A stretch of 63,580 bases of DNA, counting the filler, from Octopus bimaculoides (Eukaryota), in the NCBI RefSeq assembly GCF_001194135.2. It is 4 parts of 4 records of this genome, joined end to end, with 100 filler letters (N's around TTAATTAATTAA, not from the genome) between each part and the next. Parts side by side here need not be neighbours in the genome. Positions count along the whole stretch, not along the records: positions 1 to 10,820 come from NC_068981.1; positions 10,921 to 31,348 come from NC_068983.1; 2 more parts are not named here. One strand, written 5' to 3'. The translations under genes were made by a program, and so were the position numbers. Numbering within the stretch: the stretch's first letter is position 1; every line of letters starts with the position of its first letter. Positions 10,480-23,499 of this stretch are shown piece by piece. The notes beneath the pieces were generated by a model, which saw nothing but the letters and a program-made list of their open reading frames with translations, was not told the DNA's origin and made no database searches.

Positions 10480-10820
10480 TATAAAAAAACACAGGCTGAA
10501 GTGGCCTACTTTTTGCCGTACTCCGAACAGACAGAAGGGATAGAAGTCATGGGGGAGTTGCAATGTACATCCGAGAAGATGTCACACCCCTACTACTACT
10601 ATCACACTCAAACTCTGTATGTGATACTTTAATAGTACACATAAAACAAATTGATGTAGTTGTATGCTCAACATACCGTCCACCAAATACCGCAAAGCAG
10701 GAAGGTAAATTTGAGGACAGCCTCAGACGCATAGAAGAGGTCCTGACAAATCTGGACCAACACATCAATATACTTTTCCTAGGCGACTTTAACCTCCCAA
10801 ATGTTAAATGGCCTGAAGGT
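10480..10820 (+). mobile_element. LINE AP-endonuclease fragment (CR1/L2/Jockey-like), cut by an assembly gap
   Basis: GGVAMYIRE, STYRPP and FLGDFNLPNVKW are typical APE motifs. Confidence 0.85.
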
Positions 10821-11019
10821 NNNNNNNNNNNNNNNNNNNNNNNNNNNNNNNNNNNNNNNNNNNNTTAATTAATTAANNNNNNNNNNNNNNNNNNNNNNNN
10901 NNNNNNNNNNNNNNNNNNNNCATAATTTTCTTATGGTTTTTTTAAACATTCTCTAGAACAATACTATGTACAAATCCAAATATATGGTACCCTAGGCATA
11001 ACACCTACATGAACTTCTA

Positions 11020-11094
11020 ACTGGTTGTCTCTTGAGGTCTCTGGGTGAGACTTGGATCCAAATTGTACAAATGCAAAACAAAAGTCAAACATGA

Positions 11095-11163
<69 letters not shown>
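11020..11163 (+). mobile_element. R4/Dong-like LINE 3' UTR with (TAA)n tail
   Basis: gtctctgggtgagact..tgtacaaat..aatcaaac then (TAA)n. The same UTR ends the R4-like element at 15925-16050. Confidence 0.65.
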
Positions 11164-11165
<2 letters not shown>

Positions 11166-11699
11166 GACGTCGTATGAGCAAACTCCAGAAGGAGTCTCCA
11201 GAAATGAGGCCGCAAAATCCTGCGGAAAGCAACGATCCAGTGCAATCAACCAACCAGACATCGGAAACGCAAAGTTTTTATGGAAAATAAAATAAGATAG
11301 AACATGTATGGTAATCGACATAGCATGCCCCGGTGACAAGAGGATCAATGTGAAAGAAGAAGAAAAAAAAACAACTATGACGATTTGAAGTGGAAAATAC
11401 GAAATTCGTATTCAATGAAGAGAATAGACGTGATACCAATAGTAATTGGTGCACTTGGAAGTACTAGCACTCAACTACCAACATGGCTGAAAAAGATCGG
11501 TACAGGTGAGAAGTTAGAACACCGACAACAATCAGCATTGCATGGAACTGCGAGAGTTCTTCGCAGAGTCCTTGAAGCATGGCCAGTAAACAGGTGTCAC
11601 CATAGTCTGTTGGCTGTTGACAGCTGGCACTTTCACTCATATCCAACAATATAAGCTGTGCGTTTTCACATGATAATAATAATAGTAATAGTAGTATTA

Positions 11700-11755
<56 letters not shown>
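11166..11755 (+). mobile_element. 5'-truncated R4/Dong-like LINE (restriction-like endonuclease domain, 3' UTR, TAA tail)
   Basis: Frameshifted MVIDIACPGDKRI..EEEK..YDDL..VIPIVIGALG..QQSALHGTARVLRRVLE is the RLE C-terminus. Flanked by (TAA)n on both sides. Confidence 0.85.
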
Positions 11756-11757
<2 letters not shown>

Positions 11758-11759
11758 GC

Positions 11760-13680
11760 CATATGTAAACAAACGTAAGTTTGTTTTTGAAGCGTTGAAA
11801 TGCATTATAGAACAAGTAGAAAGAATTTTACCGAACCATTCCGGCAACTCCGCCTCCCGCTCCCGGACGACTTGGAGATTCGTAGTCACCGAAAATAGGT
11901 CGGAAGTCTCGTGATTCGGAAATTCTAGTTTCGCTAATGGTCACCAGGTTGACATTCAGTTCCCTGGGGTCGTTGAGCAGGTGACCCCGCTTCCATGGTA
12001 ATCCCAGGCCACGTATATTCCCGCTGCCTATTCAGTACACGACCATGTTGTCGGACAAAGAGAAGAATATAAAAGGAAAGCTTACTTGGTTTTATTTGGA
12101 GGGGCGGATTGCCCGTCCCACCTGTTGGTTGGGAGTCTTTCCAACAGCAAATCCCCAAGAATTCTCTTGCTGATATCTCCTCGAAATTCTCCGATTCACT
12201 GTGGTAAATGCATTTTTTAAATGTGTCTATACGTTTTTGTGTTGTTTGAATGATTTTGTTTGTATGCAGGTAGGGAGAATGTGGGTATGACAAAATCTTT
12301 TGGTGTAATCTTTGTTCGTGTTATTATATATTTCATTAATTCATCATTTTTTTTTTTGAGTTTATTCCCTGTAGTTCGTAATGTTACTGTCTTTAATTTG
12401 TTTTTCTTGTTGTTGTTGTTGTTGTGGTGGTGGTGGTGGTGATGGTGGTGGTGGTGGTGGTGGTGATTTTTGCTGTGGTTGCGTATGTGCAATGGCCTGT
12501 GTTTCAGGTGTTAGAGGTGTTGGCGTTGATGCAATGTTCGTTTTGGTCGTATTTGGTTTTGTCGTTTTGATTTTTCTCTTTCCACTTCTTGTGTGGATGA
12601 GGATTGTTGTTGTTGTCTGTCTATATGTTTATTTTTTCTTCGGTCTCTTTTACGTTCTTTTGTTTTTAACTGCCAGTTTCCATCGCGGTACGTCTCTCCA
12701 GCTGTGATGTCCACCCGCTATGCATTACGAAGTTGAGCATGTTAGGGCATCGACAAGTGTTTGGGTGAACTCGGCGTCGGTATGGTTGTTGGTGTTAGTG
12801 GTGTTACGGCTGAATCAGCTGGTAGTGATGGTGCTGCTGCTGCTGTTGTCACTGGAGTTCTGGTGGATGTTGTTGGTGTAGAAGGGAGAGGTGCTCGTCT
12901 CTCTTTTTCGTTTTGTTTAGGGCAGTCGACTTTTAAATGCTTAGGTGAAAAATAAAGCTGGCACTTTGCTTTCCTGCCATAAACCCGGACGGGAATCATG
13001 CTGCCTCCAGGAAAATTCTTTTGTGTTGTTTTGAATGAGTTCTACGGTCATCCATGACCAGTGTTTCTTTTTGGCCTGAGGGGCTTCGATGATTTTCGAG
13101 TTTTCCTTGATGTCTATTATCACTGCCGCAATTAGCCAGAGAATGACTATTTCTGGCGGCACCTGCTGAATTATGATTTTTGTCAGTCTCTGACCGCAGT
13201 AGCAACAGCTCCTCGCTTTTGAGAGGATTCCGAGTGTGTTGTTTGGTTTCTTCCTCGGTGTGGAATCGAACGTCTATAGGTCTTTCGTCTCTGTATATTT
13301 TCCTTTACATTCCAGAGGGAACTTAAAGCTTGTTGTATTTGAGCATTTGTGGTTCTTTCCACCTTCTTTGACTTTAATTCGTTTGTACTCTACGTCACTG
13401 TGCGACGTATCGTAGCTTGGATTGCCTCAAGTGGGGTGTACAACTTTACAGCTAGTCCATCTCTCTCGACTAGCTGTCTATCATATGTCAGTTCTTCTGA
13501 TGAGAATTATATTCTCTGAAGAGACTATGTAGCTACTCCAGCAAAAGAAAGCTTTGAAAGTATGTTCCAAACCGTTGTACTGATTTGTTTCTCAATTCTT
13601 TCATTGCTTTTGTCGTTGTTGTTGCTTTTGTTGCTGCCGTTGTTGGTTTTGCTGTTGCTGTTGTCACGTTTAAGAGATTC
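11760..13680 (-). mobile_element. Tx1/L1-like LINE 5' portion (ORF1 with zinc-knuckle remnant and start of the ORF2 endonuclease)
   Basis: ORF1 remnant IPVRVYGRKAKCQLYFSPKHLKVDCP. ORF2 start IGSGNIRGLGLPWKRGHLLND..VTISETRI and GAGGGVAGMV are APE motifs. Confidence 0.7.
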
Positions 13681-13689
13681 GGCGCCGAG

Positions 13690-14260
13690 CTGAATAACAA
13701 CATGGATGTGCTAGACTGGGCTCTCCATAGAAAAACATATCTAATCTAATAACATCGATGGAATAGGAAAAAGGAACTTGTGGAAGACTTCAAGGAAGCA
13801 GCCCTTAACGAAAATAACCACAAAAACGAAATTTTACTGCTATACAAAGCACAGTTTCTCCTATGCACGATGTCTTAGTGAAACATGTGCGAAATCAACA
13901 TCGGAAAGTATACAAATTATAATATATAAATGGAACAAAACAGTAAGTAAATTGATCAATTACGCATACACTCGAATGTCTATACAATCATATCTACATT
14001 TTAATACCCATAGCACTAAACATACATCCAAATGTTTACACAACTATGTGAAATTTACAGGACACACACATACACCGATATGAAAGCACGTGTCACAAAC
14101 GAAGCAAAACAATGGCAAAACAATTTTCTTCAAACTAACACAGAGTGAATAATTCATAAGTTTCAAAACACCGCAATCAAACTATGCCCCGAGATAAATA
14201 TATCAACAAAAGAAAAATACAGATGAATACAGATCTGCTAGCCTTAGGTACCTACGTCAC
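13690..14260 (+). mobile_element. Decayed PLE C-terminal (GIY-YIG) region
   Basis: KNISNLIT and KHTSKCLHNYV..KHVSQTKQNNGKTIF..FISFK loosely follow the Neptune-type GIY-YIG tail. Confidence 0.4.
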
Positions 14261-14269
14261 AAGCAATGT

Positions 14270-15998
14270 TTTCATTCAGAGAACTTGGAGGTGTTGTCTA
14301 AAAAATTTAACCCTAAACAGACATATCCGCCCCATAATGTCAACGTCAAAGCTCGTCATGCCTCAATGATAAACAAAGCAAAATACAAACATGTTCGGCC
14401 GTCATTCGGATCAGTGAGGAACAAGACTGGGTGAAAAAAATCAACTACTGGTTCAAATATTCCAGAAACACGGATGCTGGACGTACCCCACAACCGGAAT
14501 ATTCCAAGAGGTGGCCACCCACGCTCGTCATCAAATAACCAAAAGAAAAGAATTAAAAATCTCCAAAGGAAGATAATAAAGATGTTCTTAATACCTGCTA
14601 TCGTGCCATGTATTTCCCCACAAATAAATCTAATACTGAACAAATCTTCCCGAACTGGAGAGATAAGCACCTTGAAGTAAGATCCTACGTAGATAGTAAC
14701 AAACTTGCCAACATCAGAAGAAACATTATGAAAAAGAAATTACTAACTGAATTAGAAATTGACCAAATTTAACAATCAGTAAGGGATAAATGGAACGAAG
14801 GTACCAGTGCAGAAATGATTATAGACCACCCCAAGTCTAGTGGAAATGCAGTAATGATGGAATGAGTCAATGTAACTCATAAGTGAAGTGAAATACTCTC
14901 TGAACCAACCATAATCACCAAAGCAGATGAAAATCAAATATATGATGTAAGTCACAAAGAAATTGACCCAACTGAACTAGATGATCTAAAAAATCAAGTC
15001 ATGTTTGAATGGCTGAAAATTAAAGAGACCTGTATGAATGAACGTGACACTCTCCCAATAATTCGCAACTTTACCAAAACCACTTAATGATATACTTTCA
15101 GCTAATGGTGTTGATATTACAAATCTCAATCGCCTGCACTATGCATCCGCGAAGACCTCAACGAGTCTATGTGGTGAAAAGGTAAGAAAACCACAATATC
15201 CCTACAAAAAGCTTATTTGGCAAGAGTGTATTCAACATCAAATTCAACTACTTAGGTCTGACATAGAATGTTTATGAGACAAGACTATCTAACCCACAAA
15301 AATCCGAAAATTAAAGAAAAAGTATAATATGAAAACCATACTTGGCATCGATAGCACCATAGAAAATATCAAGCGAAAGTCATCTGCTAAAGCTGCCCGC
15401 ATAGCACGGTATGAAAAGTGCGTTAGATTCTTCAAGGGCAGCAACATGTTCATAAATAACCAATAAAATTTTACAGAAAGATTGGGAAAATACAAGTTCC
15501 AGTAATGTCTGTCCCATCAAAAGAAATACGGGAATTTTTGGAAAAAAATTGGGCACAAGAAAAAATACAGTAAAAAGTTCCTTTGCATAGATAGAATATC
15601 TACTGATTTAGACTCCTTAGAAGAGCAACAGTGGGAGGGTATCAAGGTAGAGGATGTAAGATCAACTCTCAGAAAGTCAAGCAAATGGAATTCTCCAGGA
15701 TAGGATAAAATTCCTTACTTCTGTCTGAATGCGTTCTCAGTGAGTCATGAACTGTAAACAAAACTTTACAACAATGCTTTGCAACAACCTAGTACGATTC
15801 CCTTTTGGCTAGTTAATGGTGTTACATTTCAACTTCCAAAAAATGAAGAAACAAATGAACCAAAAAATTATTGACCCATAACCTGCTTAACAACAATGTA
15901 TAAAATGCTAACATCTGCTTCCTAGCAATTGTTGTCCCTCGAAGTCTCTGGGTGAGACTCGGAGTCAACTTGTACAAATACAAAGTTGAAATCAAACA

Positions 15999-16050
<52 letters not shown>
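14270..16050 (+). mobile_element. Internally deleted R4/Dong-like LINE
   Basis: N-terminal NKLANIRRNIMKKKLLTELEI. RT entry motifs TLRKSSKWNSPG..DKIP and LVNGVTF..PK..TNEPKNY..PITCLTTMYKMLTS, then a direct join to the family 3' UTR and (TAA)n. Confidence 0.8.
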
Positions 16051-16051
<1 letters not shown>

Positions 16052-18179
16052 CAACACCACATGTAATCATTGCTTGGGCACATGACAGTCACGTGCAGAA
16101 CAGTTTCGTTGCCCTATGCGCCTCCTCGGCTAGGTCCGGCTCACAGCACTTGATTACTCGCAAAGATTATCGCTGACCGCTAAAGACTTCTTGTAGCACT
16201 GCAGTCCAGGCACGGGCATACTAGTCACAAATCTTCTACTTAAAGCCTGAGTGTACATTCAACAGACTCACTGCTCGACTGGCAGAGTGCTATGAATGCC
16301 TGAAAATACTTTAGAAGCCAAGCTCTCTGCCACAGGATACACCTGAACAGGACTGCAGCTTTCTCAAGCAAACAACTTGTGGTGAAGCGAATCTGACAAC
16401 AGTGACGGAAACTACTTACTGCCAAGAAAACCCTGGAGATGTTGTAGTCTCAGAGCATGTCTGCGAATCAGCAGCTACGGTACGCCTAATCCTCCACACC
16501 TTTGACTTAAATATAACCTATGACTACTAGAACCCGTGCCCTCCGCAGACAGCGGAATGGCAGGCAACCGGTAAGGTGTAAACGGGGAAAGGCACGACAA
16601 TTATGAGATAATTAATTCAATACTAAAATGGCAGAGGCAATGTATGCATAGTCTCTCCTGCTGGGATTTGAAGGAAAGCTTACAATGTTAATATCACCAA
16701 CATTTACGTAGGTGTCAGCGTATTTAACGTACAGGTAATTTTAAAAGCCAAACAGGATTTAATATTAGATGAGTTAACTATGAAATTAGTCGATAGTTGA
16801 TATCTCTTTGAGGCCGGAAATGTTTCCGCTTCGTTGAGCAATATCATCGGAAGTGAATCTTCGTAGCAGCCTTAGAGATTTGTAGTAAATAAATCGTTAA
16901 CATATTAAAAATAAAATATTCACAATTATAGTTACTCTGTTATTATATATTGGGTAAGCATGCAGGAAACATTTTTTTCTGTCTGCCTATTTGTTTTGCA
17001 GCCACGTCGACAATTTACTGTGAGGCCAAACGTCCGCCAATAATACCAATTTTGGCGAAAACGTACCTGATATTTCCCCACACTTGCCGATACAGGAACA
17101 AAATAGTATTTCTCATCTACTCCCTGTAATTTTCTCAATGTATATTTAATGTAAAACTGTCAAGCCTATCAACTTCAAGTCTGTCAACTTCAAGCCTGTC
17201 AACGAAAGGCTTGAAGTAGCCATCAAATTTTTCTGATCTCAGGCAATATACATTTATAAATCTAAGATATACTGGATAATACCGTATTCGAACACGAATA
17301 AACAAAGGGAATACTTACGATTGATTTTATGTTCGATCTACTTAAATAGGAATGACCGGGGGGNNNNNNNNNNNNNNNNNNNNNNNNNNNNNNNNNNNNN
17401 NNNNNNNNNNNNNNNNNNNNNNNNNNNNNNNNNNNNNNNNNNNNNNNNNNNNNNNNNNNNNNNNNNNNNNNNNNNGGGGGGGGGGGTTAAACGAAATCAA
17501 GTTATAGGCATCCTATTTGATAGTCTTTTTAACTTTCATATTTAACAGACCGGATTGCAGTTGGTGATTATACCCGGAGAGAGAGTGAGAGAGAGGGAGA
17601 GACAGCGAAAGAGAGCCCTGATTGAATTGGAATATATTAAAAGTGATTCGTTCTAGGACCTCTTAACATCTATTCACTTACCGCATATCTAGGACCATAT
17701 TACCCCGTTATTCCTTTTGTCCCCCCCCCCCAACTTTTGTAAGATTGTACATATGTCTTGCGAGAGAATTTGATAAATTTCGGTTACCCCGTAGATGCTT
17801 CTGTCCTTGGCTCACGGCAGGAGAGTTATTCAATATTTAAAGGACATTTTAACGAGGACTTCACATTAAAAGATTGAATAATGTGAGCAAACAAATACTA
17901 CATTAATATATAACAATTATGTTACTACAGGTACTCTGCAATATATCTGTAAGGATCGTCAAAAACGTTAAATCAGCATTATGAAAACGAGTGGCACTGT
18001 ACTTTACATTTTATTGTCAAGTATGTTAATGAACTGGGGTCATATCGCGGAGGCTCTCAAGATGATAGGTTACCGGCAATCATTTTACCTCACTGAATAA
18101 GTAACAAAATAGAAGGGAATTGAAATAGAAAATGTTAAAAAATCTATCTTACTATTGCGCTGTTTATAGGGTTAGATAG

Positions 18180-18358
18180 GTGGAGGCGCAATGACCCAGT
18201 GGTTAGGGCAGTGGACTCGCGGTCATAGGATCGCGGTTTCGATTCCCACTTGCACGTTAATTTCACGAGCAGGCTGTTCCGTTGATCGGATCAACTGGAA
18301 CCCTCGTCGTCGTAAGCGACGGAGTGCCAACAACAACAGGGTTAGATAAAGCAGCGAC
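18180..18358 (+). mobile_element. tRNA-headed SINE with central deletion
   Basis: Head ggaggcgcaatgacccagtggttaggg..tttcgattccc is fused directly to the tail acttgcacgttaatttcacgagcagg. The full-length relative is at 57765-58075. Confidence 0.8.
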
Positions 18359-19575
18359 AAAAACTCATATCACACGCGTTCGAAGAGTGCTTACAGATAT
18401 GTATGTTTTGTATCGATCAGAAACATGTACTGTAGACACTTCAATGTCCACTAAACATCTCCGGGGAGCTCAAATATATTGCGTGGTCTGCACATAAGAT
18501 CAAAAGGGGAGATTTATAGAATCGTTTCAACCATCTCTAGCAGTGATTCTCACGTTGGTAGGATAGGCTGTATTTGCAAATATTTGGCAAAATCACGGTA
18601 TTTCGGGTGCTATATTTTGAGATACACTCATTCTCTTAGAAATCAAAAAGCTATCAAATACACCGGTGTTGATATTAGACATACACGCTACAAAATCGAG
18701 GAAATGTATTTTCGTTGTAGTCACTTGAATAAGAAAATATGTTAGGTATAGCATGCTGTTTTTCGGGTACGGCAGATATAAGTCAACACAATAAGACAAA
18801 ATTAACACTACGCATGATATAAGATATCATTTCAAGATATAGAAAGCATATTTTTTAAGATAATACCATTTTCTCTATGATAACTCGATCGTTCGTACAT
18901 GAAATTCATGTTGTTGTTCAAGAGATTTAAGTTTCTGTATATATATATACATATATACATATATATATANNNNNNNNNNNNNNNNNNNNNNNNNNNNNNN
19001 NNNNNNNNNNNNNNNNNNNNNNNNNNNNNNNNNNNNNNNNNNNNNNNNNNNNNNNNNNNNNNNNNNNNNNNNNNNNNNNNNNNNNNNNNNNNNNNNNNNN
19101 NNNNNNNNNNNNNNNNNNNNNNNNNNNNNNNNNNNNNNNNNNNNNNNNNNNNNNNNNNNNNNNNNNNNNNNNNNNNNNNNNNNNNNNNNNNNATATTGAT
19201 AGGAATGACAACAAAAGAAAGAAAGAGACCTCGGTATTATGTAAATAGAGGAATTTATCTGTAAAAAATGTGACACTTGGAAGAGGATGCGTGGATAAAG
19301 AATGGGTTACATCCCTTTGCTGTTAAAGGAAATATATGGGTTATATGTGTGTGAACCACTTCTAGGGCCCTAGCCAGCCAATTATAGATTTTTATTAAAT
19401 TTCAATGAGCCCAGTAACAAATTGAATGTTATTTTAACATGTTTGCAAAGATTCACGAAATTCTGTTGACAGGTGTAGACGGCAACTTGACACAAACAGA
19501 CATTCAAACAGGCAACTTGTGTTTATATATGTCTTGATGAATATATATATACACATATATGATATGATATATATA

Positions 19576-20190
19576 CGAGGGGAAGTCAAAAATTAATCGC
19601 ACTTTCGCTATAACTTAGCTTTATTATTGTCACACTGCCTTCTGTGCATACGTGCTTATAGATGATACTAGTAGTCACGAGATCGAAGTTTGAGATTGAA
19701 GTTTGAGCCTGATCGCGCCATTTTTCTTTCTGGCTTAACAGTGTAAGCATGGCCACTCCACTAGCAATGTGCATCAAAGAAGAACAAAGAGCAGGGAACC
19801 GACGAATGGTAATAGTGAACCTTCCTGCTCCTTCTTTGTGCGTCACGCTCCTCCGGCCACTTTAAGCTTCTCGATCCACTCAGACACACTTCTACGCGAT
19901 AGTGTACTGCCCGCGTATTGTGCTAAAAGCATCCGATGAATTTCAGCACCTGACGCACATTCCGATCAGAGGAATCGGATCGCTACTCCTTGTTCTTCTT
20001 AGGTGCTCATTACTAGTGGAACAGCCATGCTTACACTGTAAAACCAGAAAGAAACATGGCGCGATCAGGAACAATCTTCGACCATGTGACCACAATATTA
20101 CCAACTATGCGCACGCATGTGCAGAAGTCAGTGTGACAATAATAAAGCTACGCTATGGCGAAACTGCGGATAATTTTTAACTTCCCCTCG
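19576..20190. mobile_element. Mariner-derived foldback MITE built from two 5' ends
   Basis: TA|cgagggg...cccctcg|TA ends. Inverted arms of about 220 bp both include the transposase start (MATPLAMCIKEEQR). The middle encodes mariner HTH residues on the minus strand (AIRFL..AEIHR..LSRRSVSEW). Confidence 0.9.
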
Positions 20191-22768
20191 TATACACACA
20201 CATATAAACACATACATACACACACACATACACACACACACACACACATACAGAGAAAGAGGCAGAGAGAGAAGTATTGGAACTGTTGTAATTTTATTAT
20301 CGCTCCTCATCAAATTTTGCTCAGAGCTTAGATATGAGAATCCATAAAATTGCTTACGCTCTCTTCAGCTAGTTATTTTCTTTTGATTTTCATTTCATTT
20401 AAAGAAACTTCTTCATATTATCGAAGATAAATTTTCGGTGTACTGCCAAAAGATTAGGCGATATTTTAAAATTTCTGTATTGTTGGTTATATGGCAAAAG
20501 GAACAGATAACATTTCAACTGATTTTCGTATTCATTTAAAACGATAAATAAATAACTAAATGTTTTAATTATAATATTTTAATCCGCTTGTGTTCTCTTT
20601 TTTACTTCTTCACCTTTAAGTATATTAAACTAAAATATTGCTATCGGTTTAGGTACAGAACACACTGTCAGTGTTTAATGTAGATAGAATCCTCATATAT
20701 AACAGACATTTATGCCCATATTTTTATACTCACATACTTAAATAAATACAAAGATAATAATACGTATATTTCAACGTTCAGTATTGGTCAGCATACTGTA
20801 CTGTAATATTTGTACAACATACTGTAATATTTGCACATATGAATCTGAGTTTTACCATAATTATTCTTGTATCAGCCGCACCATTAAGTTAGTGTTAAAT
20901 CAAATATAATTGTCATTGTTTCAACTTTAATTTGTATTTATGTCAAACAAGAGTTCCTTTTTTTTTTCTTCTATTTTTTTTGGTGATTTTATTTTCATTT
21001 AAAATCAGGTATAAAATTGCTCAACTTATACTCGAGTAATGCGGCAATAATTTCTGTTCTCTGATCTGAATAAAATTTATTCTTTTAAAATAATACTGTA
21101 ATAGAGTGAGAAGTGTTGATGCGCGTTATTCATAATCTTATCCACACAAATCTTCCCATTCTGTTACATAAATGTTTCCCTCTACCTTGTTCTATAAGAC
21201 TTACCAAATAGATTGTAGAGCTTTGTAACAATACCAAAGCGGATCTGCCATCTTCCTTTATTCTATCTCATCCTACCACATTACATATTTCAATCATTGC
21301 AATGCAACAATATTAAATACTTACTCCAAAATACTACAACTGTAAGCACATTCGTTGAAATATTCGATATCCTGTTTCTTAATATGTGACCTGTAGTCAT
21401 CCACACTGGGTCAGCTGCTTCAAACAGGTAAAAATATAATAACAAAGAATCATGTCCGACGTCATCTACGATCTCGATTAATTCAGTAAACTTAATGAAG
21501 TATTAAGCCTCCACTTGAATCAGAAATATCCACGTAGAGTAGAAAAGCAGGAGTGTGGTTCAAGTGATGTGAATTTTTCAAAATTTCCATACTGACCACG
21601 AAATTATTTGTGCTGTCTTTACGTATCTGTGACTAAAAAATGCAGTTTTTATGTTATTGAAGTTTTCAAAAAATATCCTTAAGATGCATGGTTATTAAGG
21701 TTGCATGTCGAGAGAGATTTGACTGCTCTATCAAACATGGAGAAACCATGCCGAGTTTGGCTATCTATCCAGTGTTCTAGCAGTGATAGATTTAGGGATT
21801 TGGTTAATAATTTCTAAAATAACAACGACTCTCTGATGAAACATTGAGATTCTGTGTAATGGGATATCAAAATACCTCTCAAATGATACACGACAAACTT
21901 GATCGCGACTGAGATGCATTTGATTATAAACGTATCTGATCGATTAAGGCTGATTTAGAGCTAAACATAATGAACAACTGCAAAGCATTTGTTAGAAATG
22001 CTAGTTAATATTCGACATTCCTATTCAAATCAAGAAGTACGGACTACTATTTTCCCATATCTCATTACGATTACTTCGAAATTTCATGGGGTTAATTGTA
22101 ACGTAAATCACTCAGTCATGCAACACAGGGAGAACGTTGAGATCTGATGCGAACTTCTAAACCACTAGGTAGATGTACACTAATTTGATAATTTCTGTCA
22201 CATAAAAAGAAGATTAATATTTAGATCAATATCAGAAACAAAATATTTTCTGTTTTAAACAAAAGATATTTTGTATTTATAGTTTGTGTTTAGGAGTTTT
22301 TTTTCTTCTGTTTTGTTTGTTTTTCTTTATCAGATTTCAAAACTGAAGATTTTTCCGATTTATATCTATTTGTAAATAACATATGTTTTAAATCTTTGAT
22401 CGGAGGTGTAATAGTATTACTCTGAAGTAAATCTATGGCATCGTATTATTTCATATATTTTTATTATGTCACCTCTTGCTTTCTTTTCACTCACATTTTT
22501 TAACGAGTGTGGAAGTATTTTTCTTTACTTAATATCGTAATAATCTTCATCAGCAAACACAAATATGACGTTAAGAACGTTAGCAGATTTCCAAACTATC
22601 TCACATAAATGTATACAGATTGCATCTAAATATTGATGTGCTGAAGACAAATTTATGAGAAATTCCCTTTCTTTCTGTCTTTTTGTCTGAGTGTCTGTGT
22701 GTCTCTCTCTATCTCTCTCTTTCTTTCTTTCGTTGTCTTCTCTTTGAAAATGATATAATATTGTTTGT

Positions 22769-22769
<1 letters not shown>

Positions 22770-22845
<76 letters not shown>
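22770..22845. repeat. (GT)n microsatellite, one of many (TA)n, (CA)n, (GA)n, (TAA)n, (GAT)n and (TATG)n tracts
   Basis: Directly visible. These tracts account for most low-complexity ORFs in the supplied track. Confidence 0.95.
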
Positions 22846-22848
<3 letters not shown>

Positions 22849-22906
22849 ATGTGTGTGTGTGCATGTTTCTACTACTATCTCATTCTACATGTGTAAAACA
22901 CATGAT

Positions 22907-22951
<45 letters not shown>

Positions 22952-23268
22952 GAATCGTAAGCGTTACAGAGTACTTTTTAATGAATCTGCCAGTATCAGG
23001 ATTAGTATATTCCTCCTTATCTATGTTAATGTTTTGGGCATATTCACTATGTGTAAACATACAGACACACATAAACATATACACACTAAAACACATATAC
23101 AAACACAGATACGCTCGCGCAAAATAACACAAACAGACTTAAGCAACAAGCATATATGCGTCAACAATTGGAATTGTATTGATAGTATTGTATCTTTCTG
23201 CATAACTAAAATACACATATAATATACATGAGTACATTGATGTTTTGTAAATCGTTCATAGTGTACGC

Positions 23269-23313
<45 letters not shown>

Positions 23314-23379
23314 NNNNNNNNNNTATATATGTGAATGTATGCATGTATATATGTATGTATGTATATATATGTATGTATG

Positions 23380-23410
<31 letters not shown>

Positions 23411-23499
23411 TAGTAAGTATTACGTATGTCTATATCTATTTTGAAACGCAATTTTATCATAATATCTTAATTATATTTTAGGTGAATTTCAACATATTT

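Noticed and set aside
10865-10876. ttaattaattaa islands inside N runs (also about 31393 and 62254)
   Set aside because: An identical 12-mer centred in gaps, with stops in all frames, is scaffolding padding and not biology.
16100-16200. gcc-tcctc-ggc resembling HDV-like ribozyme P3/L3 in a possible LINE 5' UTR
   Set aside because: L3 is too short and P1/P2 could not be completed by eye.
22683-23413. Long ORFs such as [18 protein letters not shown], poly-I/L/H/D and X-filled ORFs throughout the track
   Set aside because: These are translations of microsatellites or N gaps.
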